A stretch of DNA of 63,946 nucleotides, the filler included, from Corallochytrium limacisporum Hawaii (Eukaryota > Protista > Pluriformea), in assembly GCA_002811645.1 (NCBI GenBank). It is 6 parts of 6 records of this genome, joined end to end, with 100 filler letters (N's around TTAATTAATTAA, not from the genome) between each part and the next. Parts side by side here need not be neighbours in the genome. Positions count along the whole stretch, not along the records: positions 34,097 to 54,361 come from PDIP01000157.1; positions 54,462 to 62,836 come from PDIP01000197.1; 4 more parts are not named here. One strand, 5' to 3'. Position 1 is the first letter of the stretch. Each line of letters begins with the position of its first letter. Of the stretch, positions 44,568 through 55,261 are shown piece by piece. The notes below the pieces were generated by a model, which searched no databases, had not been told where the DNA came from, and worked only from the letters and a program-made list of their open reading frames with translations. The position numbers and the translations under genes are program-made.

Positions 44568-46010
44568 ATGGACGGTAGGATTCACGGAACTGTACAGCCC
44601 ATTGGCTCAGATTTTTTGAAGTATGCCATAGGATTATTGGGAGCATGGTGCGCGTTACTGGTACTGGTGTACTACATGATCCCGGATCCAGTGATGGACG
44701 AGATCTTCCACATTCCCCAGGCACAGCGATACTGCCGCTTTAATTTTGAAATGGATCCTCTTATCACGACACCACCAGGCCTGTACCTGTCAGTGCTGCC
44801 CCAGGTGGTATCCCTTGGGCTCGTGGTACCAAAGAAAATCATTTGCAGCACGATAGCGCTACGGGCCACCAATGTGATCTTCGCGTTGGCTAACTTCCTA
44901 GCAATGTACCTGTGCTTGGACGTAATTAATAGCGAAGGAAAAGTAGCGCAGCGGGTTGGCTGGCAGACACGTCGACCTAGAGCTATGAAGGAGGCCGTGG
45001 CATTGAGTCTCTTCCCTCCACTCTTCTTCTTCTACACACTCTACTACACCGATGTGGCCGCAACTGCGTTTGTATTCTGGGCATACTATCAATGTCTTCA
45101 GGGAAATCATATCAATTCTTCGATCATCGGTTTCTGTGGACTATTGTTTAGGCAGACGAACATTGTGTGGGTTGCGTTCAATATGGGTGTGGCGGCTTTG
45201 CGTGTTATCGAGAAGGAGGATCCTCGAATGGACCGGATCGTTTACAACCAGCACGGCGTAATGGACCAGGTCAACATGGCTATTAGGAGCATGATGGTAA
45301 ACAAAGGAACCGTGATGGGCACGATCTGGCCGTATTTTCCAGTTCTGGGAGCCTTCTTGTTGTTCCTGATCGTCAATGGAGGAATCGTCCTGGGAGATCA
45401 CGAGCATCACATTGCAAGCGTGCATATTCCGCAAATGTTCTACTTTTTTGTGACCTGCTGCGCATTTGCCTCCCCGTACATTCTCATGGGTCGGTATCGT
45501 GACCATCTAGTGTCCTGGATATCTGGCATCCTTCGCAGTCCCGTCAAGCTGATCACCTTCTGTCTGACGTGTGTAGGAGTTGCGATGATTGTCAGATTCT
45601 TCACATACGTCCATCCGTTTCTTCTGGCGGACAATCGTCACTTCACCTTTTACATCTGGCGGCGTCTGTTGAACTTCACTTGGTGGGCTAGGTATTTGTA
45701 TGTTCCAGTGTACATTGTTGCTGCGAAGGTCGTGTGGGACCTTCTGGGTGAGCAAACTGCGACCTGGCGCTTGGGTTTTCTGGCAACCGTGGCGCTGATG
45801 GTTGTTCCCCAAGCTCTTCTGGAGACGCGTTACTTCATCATCCCGTACCTTATGTTCCGTTTGCATATGAATCTAGCAGAGAGACAATTTGAACAGATGG
45901 TCGTTATTGAGGCGCTGTTCTCCATCGTCATCAACCTCGGAGTGTACTACTTCTTCCTTTTCCGACCGTTCACATGGCCAGACGGCACTGTTCAGCACTT
46001 CATGTGGTAG
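44568..46010 (+). CDS. ALG10: Dol-P-Glc:Glc2Man9GlcNAc2-PP-Dol alpha-1,2-glucosyltransferase (DIE2/ALG10)
   Basis: PVMDEIFHIPQAQRYC, ITTPPGLY, LYYTDV, RQTNIVW, HPFLLADNRHFTFYIWRR, QHFMW-stop. First ATG is at 44568 (the ORF-track start is TTG). Confidence 0.97.
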   Translation: MDGRIHGTVQPIGSDFLKYAIGLLGAWCALLVLVYYMIPDPVMDEIFHIPQAQRYCRFNFEMDPLITTPPGLYLSVLPQVVSLGLVVPKKIICSTIALRATNVIFALANFLAMYLCLDVINSEGKVAQRVGWQTRRPRAMKEAVALSLFPPLFFFYTLYYTDVAATAFVFWAYYQCLQGNHINSSIIGFCGLLFRQTNIVWVAFNMGVAALRVIEKEDPRMDRIVYNQHGVMDQVNMAIRSMMVNKGTVMGTIWPYFPVLGAFLLFLIVNGGIVLGDHEHHIASVHIPQMFYFFVTCCAFASPYILMGRYRDHLVSWISGILRSPVKLITFCLTCVGVAMIVRFFTYVHPFLLADNRHFTFYIWRRLLNFTWWARYLYVPVYIVAAKVVWDLLGEQTATWRLGFLATVALMVVPQALLETRYFIIPYLMFRLHMNLAERQFEQMVVIEALFSIVINLGVYYFFLFRPFTWPDGTVQHFMW

Positions 46011-46413
46011 AACGCACGTTTGTAATATAGCAAGTCAGCATGCGCACCAAAGACTACTCTAGAGCACTAAAGAAAACATCTGGAAAAGAATCCGGACTCG
46101 AACAGGTTTTTGCAATAAGATTGCTTACATGTGTATATGAAAATTTTAAATATATGTTGTGTCAGAACATGTACACATTGGTGGTGGTTGGCCCGAAAAC
46201 CGTCGCCCACTTAGAGACGCAGATCTCCCCGCCATATGTAAGAATTGTTATGTAAAAATTGTTATAAAAAGAGAGCACTCCCTGTTCATGTATGATGGAG
46301 TTCCCTCGCCTATGCTAAACGTAAGATGCCAGTGAAAGTCCGAGAATCTCCCACTAAAGTGAAAATCTTGGTCTTCCCGTAGTCAACCCAATTATAATGC
46401 TATTACCATGAAT

Positions 46414-46683
46414 TTAAGCCTTCATGGCCTTGGACTGACCACCCTCGCGGAACTGGTGACGGAACTTACGCTGGACCTGCTTCAGGTAGGTCATGCGGCC
46501 AGTACCAGTGGTGCGGCGGCGGATGGACTTCTGACCCCAGTTGTACTTGCGCTTACGGGCAGCGGGGTATCCGCAGCGACCGCAATCCTTGTTCTGAATG
46601 TGGAAGGAACGGCGTCCGCACCGCACACAGCGAGTGTGGGTCTTGTTATGCTTCTCACCACGAGAGGTAGTACCCTTAGTCAT
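46414..46683 (-). CDS. RPL37: 60S ribosomal protein L37 (eL37)
   Basis: [41 protein letters not shown]; ATG at 46683. Confidence 0.98.
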   Translation of the reverse strand: MTKGTTSRGEKHNKTHTRCVRCGRRSFHIQNKDCGRCGYPAARKRKYNWGQKSIRRRTTGTGRMTYLKQVQRKFRHQFREGGQSKAMKA

Positions 46684-48292
46684 GATTCCCGACCTATGTA
46701 AGTACTGATTACTATTCGGTAGATGAATAGGATGTAGCTCTTGAGCCGCAAGCTCACTAATACCTCCCAAATATCTTTATCGTGAGTAAACGTAATGAAG
46801 CTTAATATTATAACACTCAGTGCAATTCAAAGCCATTACAGTTACTCGAACGGCAGCATCTGGCGAGGATATGTCTGCGACCGCAGGAAGCTCACTATGG
46901 GTAGGTGACCCGAACGCCCTGCATTGGTAAACCCACTATAGCCGGCCGTGGGCTTGAACGGTGTGCACCCAAATGCGCTGTTCGTAGGGCCATTCAGTAC
47001 TGAGTGGCTCAGGTTGAACCTCTCAGGTATCAGCACGGCCAAGTTGATTCAGTATCAAATTACCATCTGGTATATTCACTATTAATACAGGAAGTTCCCT
47101 TTCCAGCAAAAAATGGAGAAATTGTCGTTGGTACATTAGGTAATGGAGGGCTGCTGATAACATTTGTGTGACCACCCACCGATCTCGCGAAAAATATTTA
47201 TGTGTGAAATCTGCCAGGAGCCGTTGTGTGTGTTTTGGGCGGGCCGAGCGAAAGAGGGTAATCAAGATTATGGTGAGAACAGTAATTCCTGGCATTTTCT
47301 TCCTTGTTCAGGAAGGAGCAATGAGTATGCCAAAAAATCATGAATCAAAAGGTGACGGGGACAGGCCGAGTCTCTTTATCATTAGTTGGGTGCGCCCGGG
47401 CACAGTATTGAAAGCAGCATACTCCTGTGATTAGGGAATGGTCTTGCTCGTATCATACCTCTGTTCCCCAAACGTGAATCACGGACGGGCTAGAGAGAGG
47501 GGGGCTTCTGCCTGTTGGGCACCTACCGGGGAAATACCGGCGGGGGGGCGACCGCGATGCCGGGCAAAGGGAGAAAAAAGGGGGGGGGTGCTGGGGCATT
47601 TGTGGTCTGGAGCAATTGGCTCGCCAGCGGCAATCAAAAGGGCTGGCTCGCCTTTGCTCAGCGCCCCTTGAGCCAGCCCCGCCAACTCACACCCGTCCCC
47701 CCTTCGACGTTCCCTTTTCCTTTTTTCTCTTTGGAGCGCAGGGCAAAAGGGAGAGAGATTGAGAAGGGCGAGGCGCGACTAGGGGTGTGGACTTGGGGTG
47801 TGCGTGGCTGGTGGACCTCAGACTTGCAAAAGTTCGCGCTCTCGAACCCGGGATACCCTGCGAGTCTCCCAGTGGGGTGCGCAAGGCGCAGCAACGGCCT
47901 TGGAAGCGTCGTTATATCTGACCGTGTCCGTCACCTTGATGCGGGCAGGTGATAGGCTCTTTCCGGTGTTTTCGGATGTAGTCTGCCGGGAGCTGAGCAG
48001 GGTCTGTGGCGCAGACGATGGCTCCGTGAGTTGTGGTTGGACTGGTACGAAAAAAATTGTAGCATGGAAACTGGGACTTTCAGTCATTGCCTCCGTAGCA
48101 AGTATTAACCCCATATTTCTGAGGGAATGGAGAAAAAACATTAATAGCTCTGTACCAACACTGTACGATGATCAGTTTTTCCATTACGTGAAACAGGATT
48201 CATGACCCCCGTATGCAGGATCATCGGGGTCGCAGCATATCCGCAGCGGCGCAATCAGTCGCAATAGAAAGCAGGACCTGCGTAAACTGAAA

Positions 48293-51200
48293 ATGCTCAC
48301 ACCCAAAGCACAGCCGCCCGAGGAAATCTCTGGAATCCCTGCTGTGGAAGCAGGTGCAAACGGGGATGCGGGATCACCCCAGGCAATAGCGCCAGTGTCT
48401 GCAACTATGGCGGAAACTGCACCGGAACCAGCAGGACAATCAGCAGTGGAGACTACATCTAAAGATCCTGCGCGAGAAGATTCTAATCCGGAAGAGCTCG
48501 GACAACCGGAAACAGCCATGGAAGTTGTATCAGAACCACCCACTCTCATTGTACCCGCGGCAGTTTCTGCGGTTGCAGCCGCGTCGGAATCTGTTTCGGC
48601 CGATGCACCCTCAGTGGCTTCGACATCGTCGCTGGCTGCAGAGAAAGCACCCTCGACGTCCTCAGCCTCAAATTTTCAACTCAAGACCGATGCCCGAATT
48701 CAGCACTCAAAGAATCATCCAAGATTACTTGAATCGAATTCTACTTCCCACAGTTGGCCGTTCGGTGCGTTGGCCGAGCTTCTCGACAACGCACAGGACG
48801 ACGACTGCAAAGCATCCACCGTGTGGATTGATGTACTCGGGTTGGAAACAGATGAATACGACCATGGTGACGGCGTTCTGAGAATTGAGGATGACGGGTT
48901 GGGTATGGATCAGACGGCGATCGTGAGACTGATGAGTTTTGGTTTTTCGCGTAAGGAACATATGGCCGGCAATGTGGGCCGTTTCGGTATTGGTTTCAAG
49001 TCGGGTACCATGCGCCTGGGAAAGGACGTGCTGGTCATGAGTCAGCAAAAGGAGACAGCCACTGTTGCATTGCTGTCACGAACGTTCCTTGAAGAAATCA
49101 AAGCAGATGATATCTTGCTGCCCATGGTCAGCTACAAGCGACACTGGGATGACAAGGGTGAGTGCACAAGGTACGAACGTATCGACGAGGAGGATGTAGA
49201 GGAGTCCCTCAAGGCCATTCTGCAATTCTCTTACCTCGAAGATGAAGAGAATATCTGGCGCGAGTTCCACAAGCTGAAACCAAGCGGAACCCAGATCAAC
49301 ATTATGCGTATGAGAATGCCCAGTGAGTTTGACTTTGAAAAGGCTCCAAATGACATTCTCATTCGCAGTGAAGTTGAGGCAGGTGCAGCTCCTGGGTCGA
49401 AGCACAACAAGCGCACACGAACCGCTGGTCGACCGTATCAACAGTATCGCGAGGGACAGCAGCAATCAGTAAATGTGCCGGAAGACTACAGCCTCCGTGC
49501 CTACTTGGAAATTCTGTATCTGCGGCCTACCATCAAAATACTTCTGCGCGGCCAGCCTATCGCATACCGTAACGTTTTCCAGACCATGCCCATTGAGCAA
49601 AGGGAGTACACGTACACGCCGCAGATTGGCAACGATGAGAAGCGTGTCCTGAAAATGACATTTGGCTTCCCCACGGTTGATCGACAAGGCGCAGCGACTA
49701 AGTGTGGTTTGCATTTATACCACAAAAACCGGTTGATCAAGATGTACAAACGATTTGCGTACATGCTTGCAAACAACACAGTGGGCAAGGATATGCTGGG
49801 TGTAGTGGAGGACGTCGGCTATTTATTTCCGCAACACAACAAGCAGGATTTCGATGAGTCACGTGTCAGCTACCGTATCTTCAAGGATGCGGTGACCAAA
49901 AAAATGAATGACTTTTGGCAAGACCAGGGACTTCGTGGAGCTGGTAAGCGCAGCGACGCTGTCCTACGTCAGTACACACACCTCACAAGTGCCGGTACCA
50001 CGGGTGCTGGCACCTCTGATCGTTCCAGTGGACGTGGCCGGACTCGTGTTAAACGTAAGCGTAGCACGCATTCTGACGATGACTCTGATGAAGGCGAAGA
50101 ATGGCAGGCTTCAGACGATTCTGACGACGAAGGCCAGAACCGCCGAGCTCGTGGACGCCCAGCAAATAGCTCTAGCAACGCGGCGACCAGACAACCAGGG
50201 CAGCGCATAAGTCAGCGACAACACTTACAAGCAATCGCTCGCAGCTATATTGAGGAGACTAGCGCGCTGCCGTCCGAAGTCGCGGTCAATTCTATGGGTG
50301 AGAAGAGCAAAAAAAGCGGTAGCGACATCCTAGCTGATACTGGAGGAGATCGCATTGACTGCATTTGCGGTGAGAACATTGACAAACACGAACTTATGAT
50401 TGGGTGTGACAAGTGTGAGGCATGGGAGCATGCTTTCTGTCACGGATTTGAAAAGGAGGACCAGCTTCCCGAGACTTGGTACTGCTTTGCCTGCCGTGAT
50501 CCACCAGAGCTACCTAAGGACCAGGCTGAGATGGAGACGCTGAAGACAACCGCCAGAATGCGATGGAATGAAGTATTTGACCGTGTTCGTCTGCAGCGTG
50601 AGGAGCAGATTGTCCAGGAATTAGAGGAGGCCACCAGAGCCGAAGCCGCAGCACAGGCCCGCCGGGTTCAAGAGCGTCGTGAACGAGAACAGCGCCTTGC
50701 GCAGGAACGGGCAATCCGCGCGCGAGCCGCGCGCGGGCGTGGGCGTGGGCGTGGGGGTCGCGGCGGACGTGGTGGACGCGGAGGACGCGGCGGTGCGACG
50801 TCGGGCCGTAGGGGCAGTGAACGACTTGAACCCACTCCGGAGCAGCGGGCTGTCGCTATCGTCGGTTCAAGTGATCCGTCGGCCATTGTCTCGGCAGGGC
50901 AGCAAGAGGCTGGTCTACTGGATGCCATGGTCGTGGCGCGGGCTGAAGCAGACGAGGAAGACCGTGCAGTGACCGCCGTTCCGGACTTGTCGGGCGAGGA
51001 AATCCGACTGCTCACGGAACCTGTCGCACCGCCTTTGGAAGACCTTCTTGCTCGGTTTCAGGAGGCTCTCGCTAGGGCCAGTGGTCCCCCTGCAGAGCAA
51101 TTATCCACCACCGAACAAACACCCACTCGTGTCAAGATGGAGGAGGATGCTCAGCAGCCTCAGCCTGGCACATCGACGACCCCGCCGCGGGAAATGGACA

Positions 51201-52540
51201 CGACAATGCAAGACAACAATACCGTCGATCAAGTGACCAAAGACAAAAGCATTGCCGACGCAGCAGCAGCAGCGGCCGCTGCTGCAGCGGTGGCCGGACC
51301 GAGCACCTCTTCATTGCCATTGAATTCCGGTGGTGAAAGGATAGCCAAGCCGGAAGGAATGGAGGATATCAAACCAGCGCTCGGCGAACGTGAGCACGAA
51401 TTTCTCCAGGCCATGGCTGGGGCGTACCAGGAACTATACCACCAGATTGAGTTCATCATTGTCCGCAATCAGCTCCTGAACGATCTGGTAGACTATATGT
51501 ATGGAGAAAGGGCGCGCAGTCGCAATGACCGCATCACTGCACTGTCCCAGGCGCGACAGCTACAGAATCAAATGGATGAGTTGAAGAAACAAAAGAACGC
51601 TGGGACGACTAGCTCTAACGAGCTAACAAAGCTACGTCGAGAGTTGGCTGATCAGAAAAAGGCCTACGAGCAGAAGGTGAAGACTCTGGAGTCTGAAAAG
51701 AATGCGGCACAAAGGAATCTTAAGGCTACCAAGGACACAATGGAATTTCTCTCCGCAGACTTTCGGCGTCAGCTGCAGGAGGCACAGGAGACGGCTGCAG
51801 GCTCAGACACTGGAAAGCTGCTCGATCGTAGCAACGGACTGGAAGAGGCGCTGCTCAAGGCCCGTGGGGAGGCAGAGGCAGTGAGGACCAATGCAAACGA
51901 GACGATCGAGAAGTACAAACAGGCTGCCCAGGCGCATATGGCTACCGAGATTGCAAAACGTGATCAAGTGATTGAAAATTTACGAAAGCAAGTCACTTCT
52001 GGTCATGACGCGGCCAAAAGAGTGTCACCAGCCCAAGGGCCTGGAAATAGTAACTCGTCTGATCCTGCATCCCTCGAGTGGCTGGCATACCATCCGAAGC
52101 ACCCAGCTGTGCCGGATACGGGACTGGTCAAACAACAGGACCTTTTTGATGGGCTGCGTCGTGGTGTATATACAGCCAACCAGGTTAATCAGGCCATGCT
52201 TACACAGTTACAGAATTTGAACCCGTCAGTGAGACACCAAGCCAAGCTGATGCTTCAGCAAGATATCCAGTATGATGATGTGAAACGTAGCATTCAACAG
52301 AATGCGCTGGGATTGCTGGTTCGCATGGAAAACAATGCGCAAGTACAGCTGCAAGAAGAAGCAGCCCGCAAGCAATTGCTCGCACAGCAACGCGTTTCAG
52401 GCTCCCATCCGTATCCACCAGCGGATTCCCGGCCCCAGCAGTCTCACGAGCAAGTGCAGTATCAATCCCCCATTCCCTGGTCCCAGGAAGCTGGCCAGGG
52501 TCATCCTCAGCCTCACCCGGGGCCCCAGCAGCCACATTAG
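48293..52540 (+). CDS. MORC: MORC-family GHKL ATPase with PHD finger, RGG box and C-terminal coiled coil
   Basis: HPRLLESNSTSHSWPFGALAELLDNAQD, IEDDGLGM, GRFGIGFKSGTMRLGKD, DYSLRAYLEILY, PQHNKQDF; C4HC3 finger at 50354-50494; 1415 aa, intronless. Confidence 0.93.
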   Translation: MLTPKAQPPEEISGIPAVEAGANGDAGSPQAIAPVSATMAETAPEPAGQSAVETTSKDPAREDSNPEELGQPETAMEVVSEPPTLIVPAAVSAVAAASESVSADAPSVASTSSLAAEKAPSTSSASNFQLKTDARIQHSKNHPRLLESNSTSHSWPFGALAELLDNAQDDDCKASTVWIDVLGLETDEYDHGDGVLRIEDDGLGMDQTAIVRLMSFGFSRKEHMAGNVGRFGIGFKSGTMRLGKDVLVMSQQKETATVALLSRTFLEEIKADDILLPMVSYKRHWDDKGECTRYERIDEEDVEESLKAILQFSYLEDEENIWREFHKLKPSGTQINIMRMRMPSEFDFEKAPNDILIRSEVEAGAAPGSKHNKRTRTAGRPYQQYREGQQQSVNVPEDYSLRAYLEILYLRPTIKILLRGQPIAYRNVFQTMPIEQREYTYTPQIGNDEKRVLKMTFGFPTVDRQGAATKCGLHLYHKNRLIKMYKRFAYMLANNTVGKDMLGVVEDVGYLFPQHNKQDFDESRVSYRIFKDAVTKKMNDFWQDQGLRGAGKRSDAVLRQYTHLTSAGTTGAGTSDRSSGRGRTRVKRKRSTHSDDDSDEGEEWQASDDSDDEGQNRRARGRPANSSSNAATRQPGQRISQRQHLQAIARSYIEETSALPSEVAVNSMGEKSKKSGSDILADTGGDRIDCICGENIDKHELMIGCDKCEAWEHAFCHGFEKEDQLPETWYCFACRDPPELPKDQAEMETLKTTARMRWNEVFDRVRLQREEQIVQELEEATRAEAAAQARRVQERREREQRLAQERAIRARAARGRGRGRGGRGGRGGRGGRGGATSGRRGSERLEPTPEQRAVAIVGSSDPSAIVSAGQQEAGLLDAMVVARAEADEEDRAVTAVPDLSGEEIRLLTEPVAPPLEDLLARFQEALARASGPPAEQLSTTEQTPTRVKMEEDAQQPQPGTSTTPPREMDTTMQDNNTVDQVTKDKSIADAAAAAAAAAAVAGPSTSSLPLNSGGERIAKPEGMEDIKPALGEREHEFLQAMAGAYQELYHQIEFIIVRNQLLNDLVDYMYGERARSRNDRITALSQARQLQNQMDELKKQKNAGTTSSNELTKLRRELADQKKAYEQKVKTLESEKNAAQRNLKATKDTMEFLSADFRRQLQEAQETAAGSDTGKLLDRSNGLEEALLKARGEAEAVRTNANETIEKYKQAAQAHMATEIAKRDQVIENLRKQVTSGHDAAKRVSPAQGPGNSNSSDPASLEWLAYHPKHPAVPDTGLVKQQDLFDGLRRGVYTANQVNQAMLTQLQNLNPSVRHQAKLMLQQDIQYDDVKRSIQQNALGLLVRMENNAQVQLQEEAARKQLLAQQRVSGSHPYPPADSRPQQSHEQVQYQSPIPWSQEAGQGHPQPHPGPQQPH

Positions 52541-52744
52541 CTCGTGTACCGATCATGGCACCGGAAGTTGGAATGAATAGCTTTCGATTTCAGGAGCATG
52601 CGTTGCAAAGGAATTAATTTCACCTCTGAAGTATAAAAGTACGTCCAACAATTTTGCATAGTAGTAGCTTCTTTAGTTCACTGTATTGACGGATCGAATG
52701 GTTGTCACGCTCACGGAATGTGATACTACCGCAAACAAGTCCGT

Positions 52745-53365
52745 TCATGCCTTCTCCTCCGCAACGACTACCGCACCTGGTTGTGTAGACGCTGATGCCA
52801 TCTCCAGACGGTACTGCACCAGCGAAAGGTACGCGTTCCACATGAGCGCCACCACCGAACTGAATGCCACCCGCAGATGTGGCGGTGCGAGAAGGAAGTT
52901 GAAAGTGTTGAATGGAACCCAGACCTTGGTAGAGTTGATGATCACATCGTAGAGATCAGTGCTCCACTTCCTCATTACCCGAGTCTTGACCAGCTCAAAG
53001 TCATAGTCCGCCGGTTTCCGCCTCAGGATGTGATCACCCAATTCCGCAAAGGCAAAAAACGATGTGTTAATCAATGGCGCAGACACTAAGGCGATCGAGG
53101 CGACCTTGCACGCCACTGCTCTGGGACTGGTGCCGGGGAATCTCCGGTCCAAGTATTTGAACGATGCAAAGAAGACGGGGCTATAGACGCAGGCACCGAA
53201 GAAGGACAGATTTAGCGTCCGTTTGGCATCCCAGGGTCCCCGGGCCTCCACGCTCTGTGTCAGAATGTCACCGGCGGCCATAAGTGTTCCTGCAGTCATG
53301 CAGTTTGCCAGCAGTGGCTGTCGTAGGGCCAGACCGTTGTACGCTTGCCAGATTCGCGCCGCCAT
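52745..53365 (-). CDS. Mpv17/PMP22 family membrane protein
   Basis: PLLANCMTAGTLMAAGDILTQ, WDAKRT, VWVPFNTFNF..PPHLRV..WNAYLS. Confidence 0.92.
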   Translation of the reverse strand: MAARIWQAYNGLALRQPLLANCMTAGTLMAAGDILTQSVEARGPWDAKRTLNLSFFGACVYSPVFFASFKYLDRRFPGTSPRAVACKVASIALVSAPLINTSFFAFAELGDHILRRKPADYDFELVKTRVMRKWSTDLYDVIINSTKVWVPFNTFNFLLAPPHLRVAFSSVVALMWNAYLSLVQYRLEMASASTQPGAVVVAEEKA

Positions 53366-54361
53366 TGTGTATGTGTGCTATTTCTGTTTATGGGCAGTCT
53401 CTGCGCCTGATAGATTTCCCTGTGTATGTGTGGTACTGTATATACTGATGTGTGTTTCCCTACGTGCAGAAGGTGTGGGATATATCGTACAATTCTACCG
53501 CGTGTTAACAATCGTATCGCTTGCCGTGTGCGCCATATTGGTTTCCTTAGTACCACCCGTGTCGAGGGGAGATCTGCCTTAATTAGTCAGTAAGCCCACC
53601 TACACAGTATCCCGGTGTTGCCCTTCAAAGGGTTGGGTTCGCGCACCGCTTACTTCGCCACTCCCAGAATACTTCGCCGAAGTCCGAACGACAGACATCA
53701 TCCTGCTTCCTTTCGGTTCCCGCCAATGCACGCACCTTCGCTCTTAGTGTGTGTGTGTGTCGTGCTGCGGTACCCACAAATCATATCATCGTCCCTCTCT
53801 CTCCCCCCCCACCCCCCCCCGGGCGACCCGGGAAACTCCGGTCCGCGCGCAGGGAAAGCCACAGCACGGCACCCTCCTCCTCCCCATAATAAAAACTTAA
53901 ACAAAACCCCCTCTCCCTCTCCCTTTCCTGTGAAGAGGGGGGAAGGTAAAAAGAATAAAAGAAAAAAAGGAAGGGGAACACAGGGAGAGAGAGAGAGCGC
54001 AGAGAAGGGGGAGAGAGTGCGCGAGCGGGTGGGTGGTGGCAGGGCCAAGTGTGAAAAGAGAAAAAAAAATGAGGGAGGGTTCAAGCGGCCAATCATCATC
54101 ACTGGCACCCCCTCTCCTCCCCAGGTTTTTTTTTCGCTATCGCTCTCAGCGGATCGCGACACTGTCGCCGGGAAGGATTAGCGAGACGACCACCCCCCCA
54201 CTCCAGGGCCTGGATGTTCGACGGCGGGTTGGCCTACACCTCCTGGTGATACAATGAGCTCAAAATTAAGTACCAACCTCTGTTCAATAAAAAAGTGCAG
54301 AATTTCGAAAAACCGGTGTTCAACAAAAATTTGCACAATTCGTGATTGTTAGCCCAAGCGT

Positions 54362-54461
54362 NNNNNNNNNNNNNNNNNNNNNNNNNNNNNNNNNNNNNNN
54401 NNNNNTTAATTAATTAANNNNNNNNNNNNNNNNNNNNNNNNNNNNNNNNNNNNNNNNNNNN
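54362..54461. other. Artificial contig-joining spacer
   Basis: N44-TTAATTAATTAA-N44. Confidence 0.97.
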
Positions 54462-55261
54462 CGGAAGACGGAATGGCAAACCTACACAGCCACATACAGC
54501 GGATCAGGAATGGCGATCATATGGCCGGGGGGGGAACAAACCCAGCCCTAAGAATCAACCCTGACAAGCAACTCTGAAAGCTCGATTATGGTACCTACCA
54601 TTTCGACAATGGCACTGGTGCGATACACACTTCTCAAATTTGACGTCATGTTCCACTGAAGCCAAACAAAACTCAGATGGTGACTGCAGCAGGATATCGT
54701 CTTGGACACATTCAATAAATATGAACGAAATTCAATGAATGATGGATGTGGCATTGTTTTCGTGAATACAATGGATTTTTAATGGTGTCGGCGATTTCAT
54801 TTCACCTATTCCAAGAGAGTGCAAGCCTTCTTCTCGTCGCCATCGGATGAGTAGAGAAGATAGACAGTGTCCTCTCTCACTGGTATCACTGTGGAGCGTC
54901 CTTACGCCCTCCAACAGATATTGCAACAGATGTGACAGAATGGTTTGAAATGATGCAACTGTGTGCACATTTGGAGACACTCGACAGAAAATACTTGGGC
55001 ACGCGGTGCACCCTGGCTCACATTGCCACTATTCCGACCACTTTCCAGCCATTTATTTATCGAATGTCAGATTCCCATGTGTGCCGATATGGTGGCGTGC
55101 AAACCTTTGAGATGACGATCCGCGACCAAGAGGAACTCAAAACCATTGACTCCTTGTATCCGGTTGTGACGTTGCTTGTATTGTCAAGCTACGCTGACGA
55201 TGCCGGTGACCAACTGGAAATGAACCAAGCGACCTTGGGCGGAGAAAGACTGACCCTCTCA

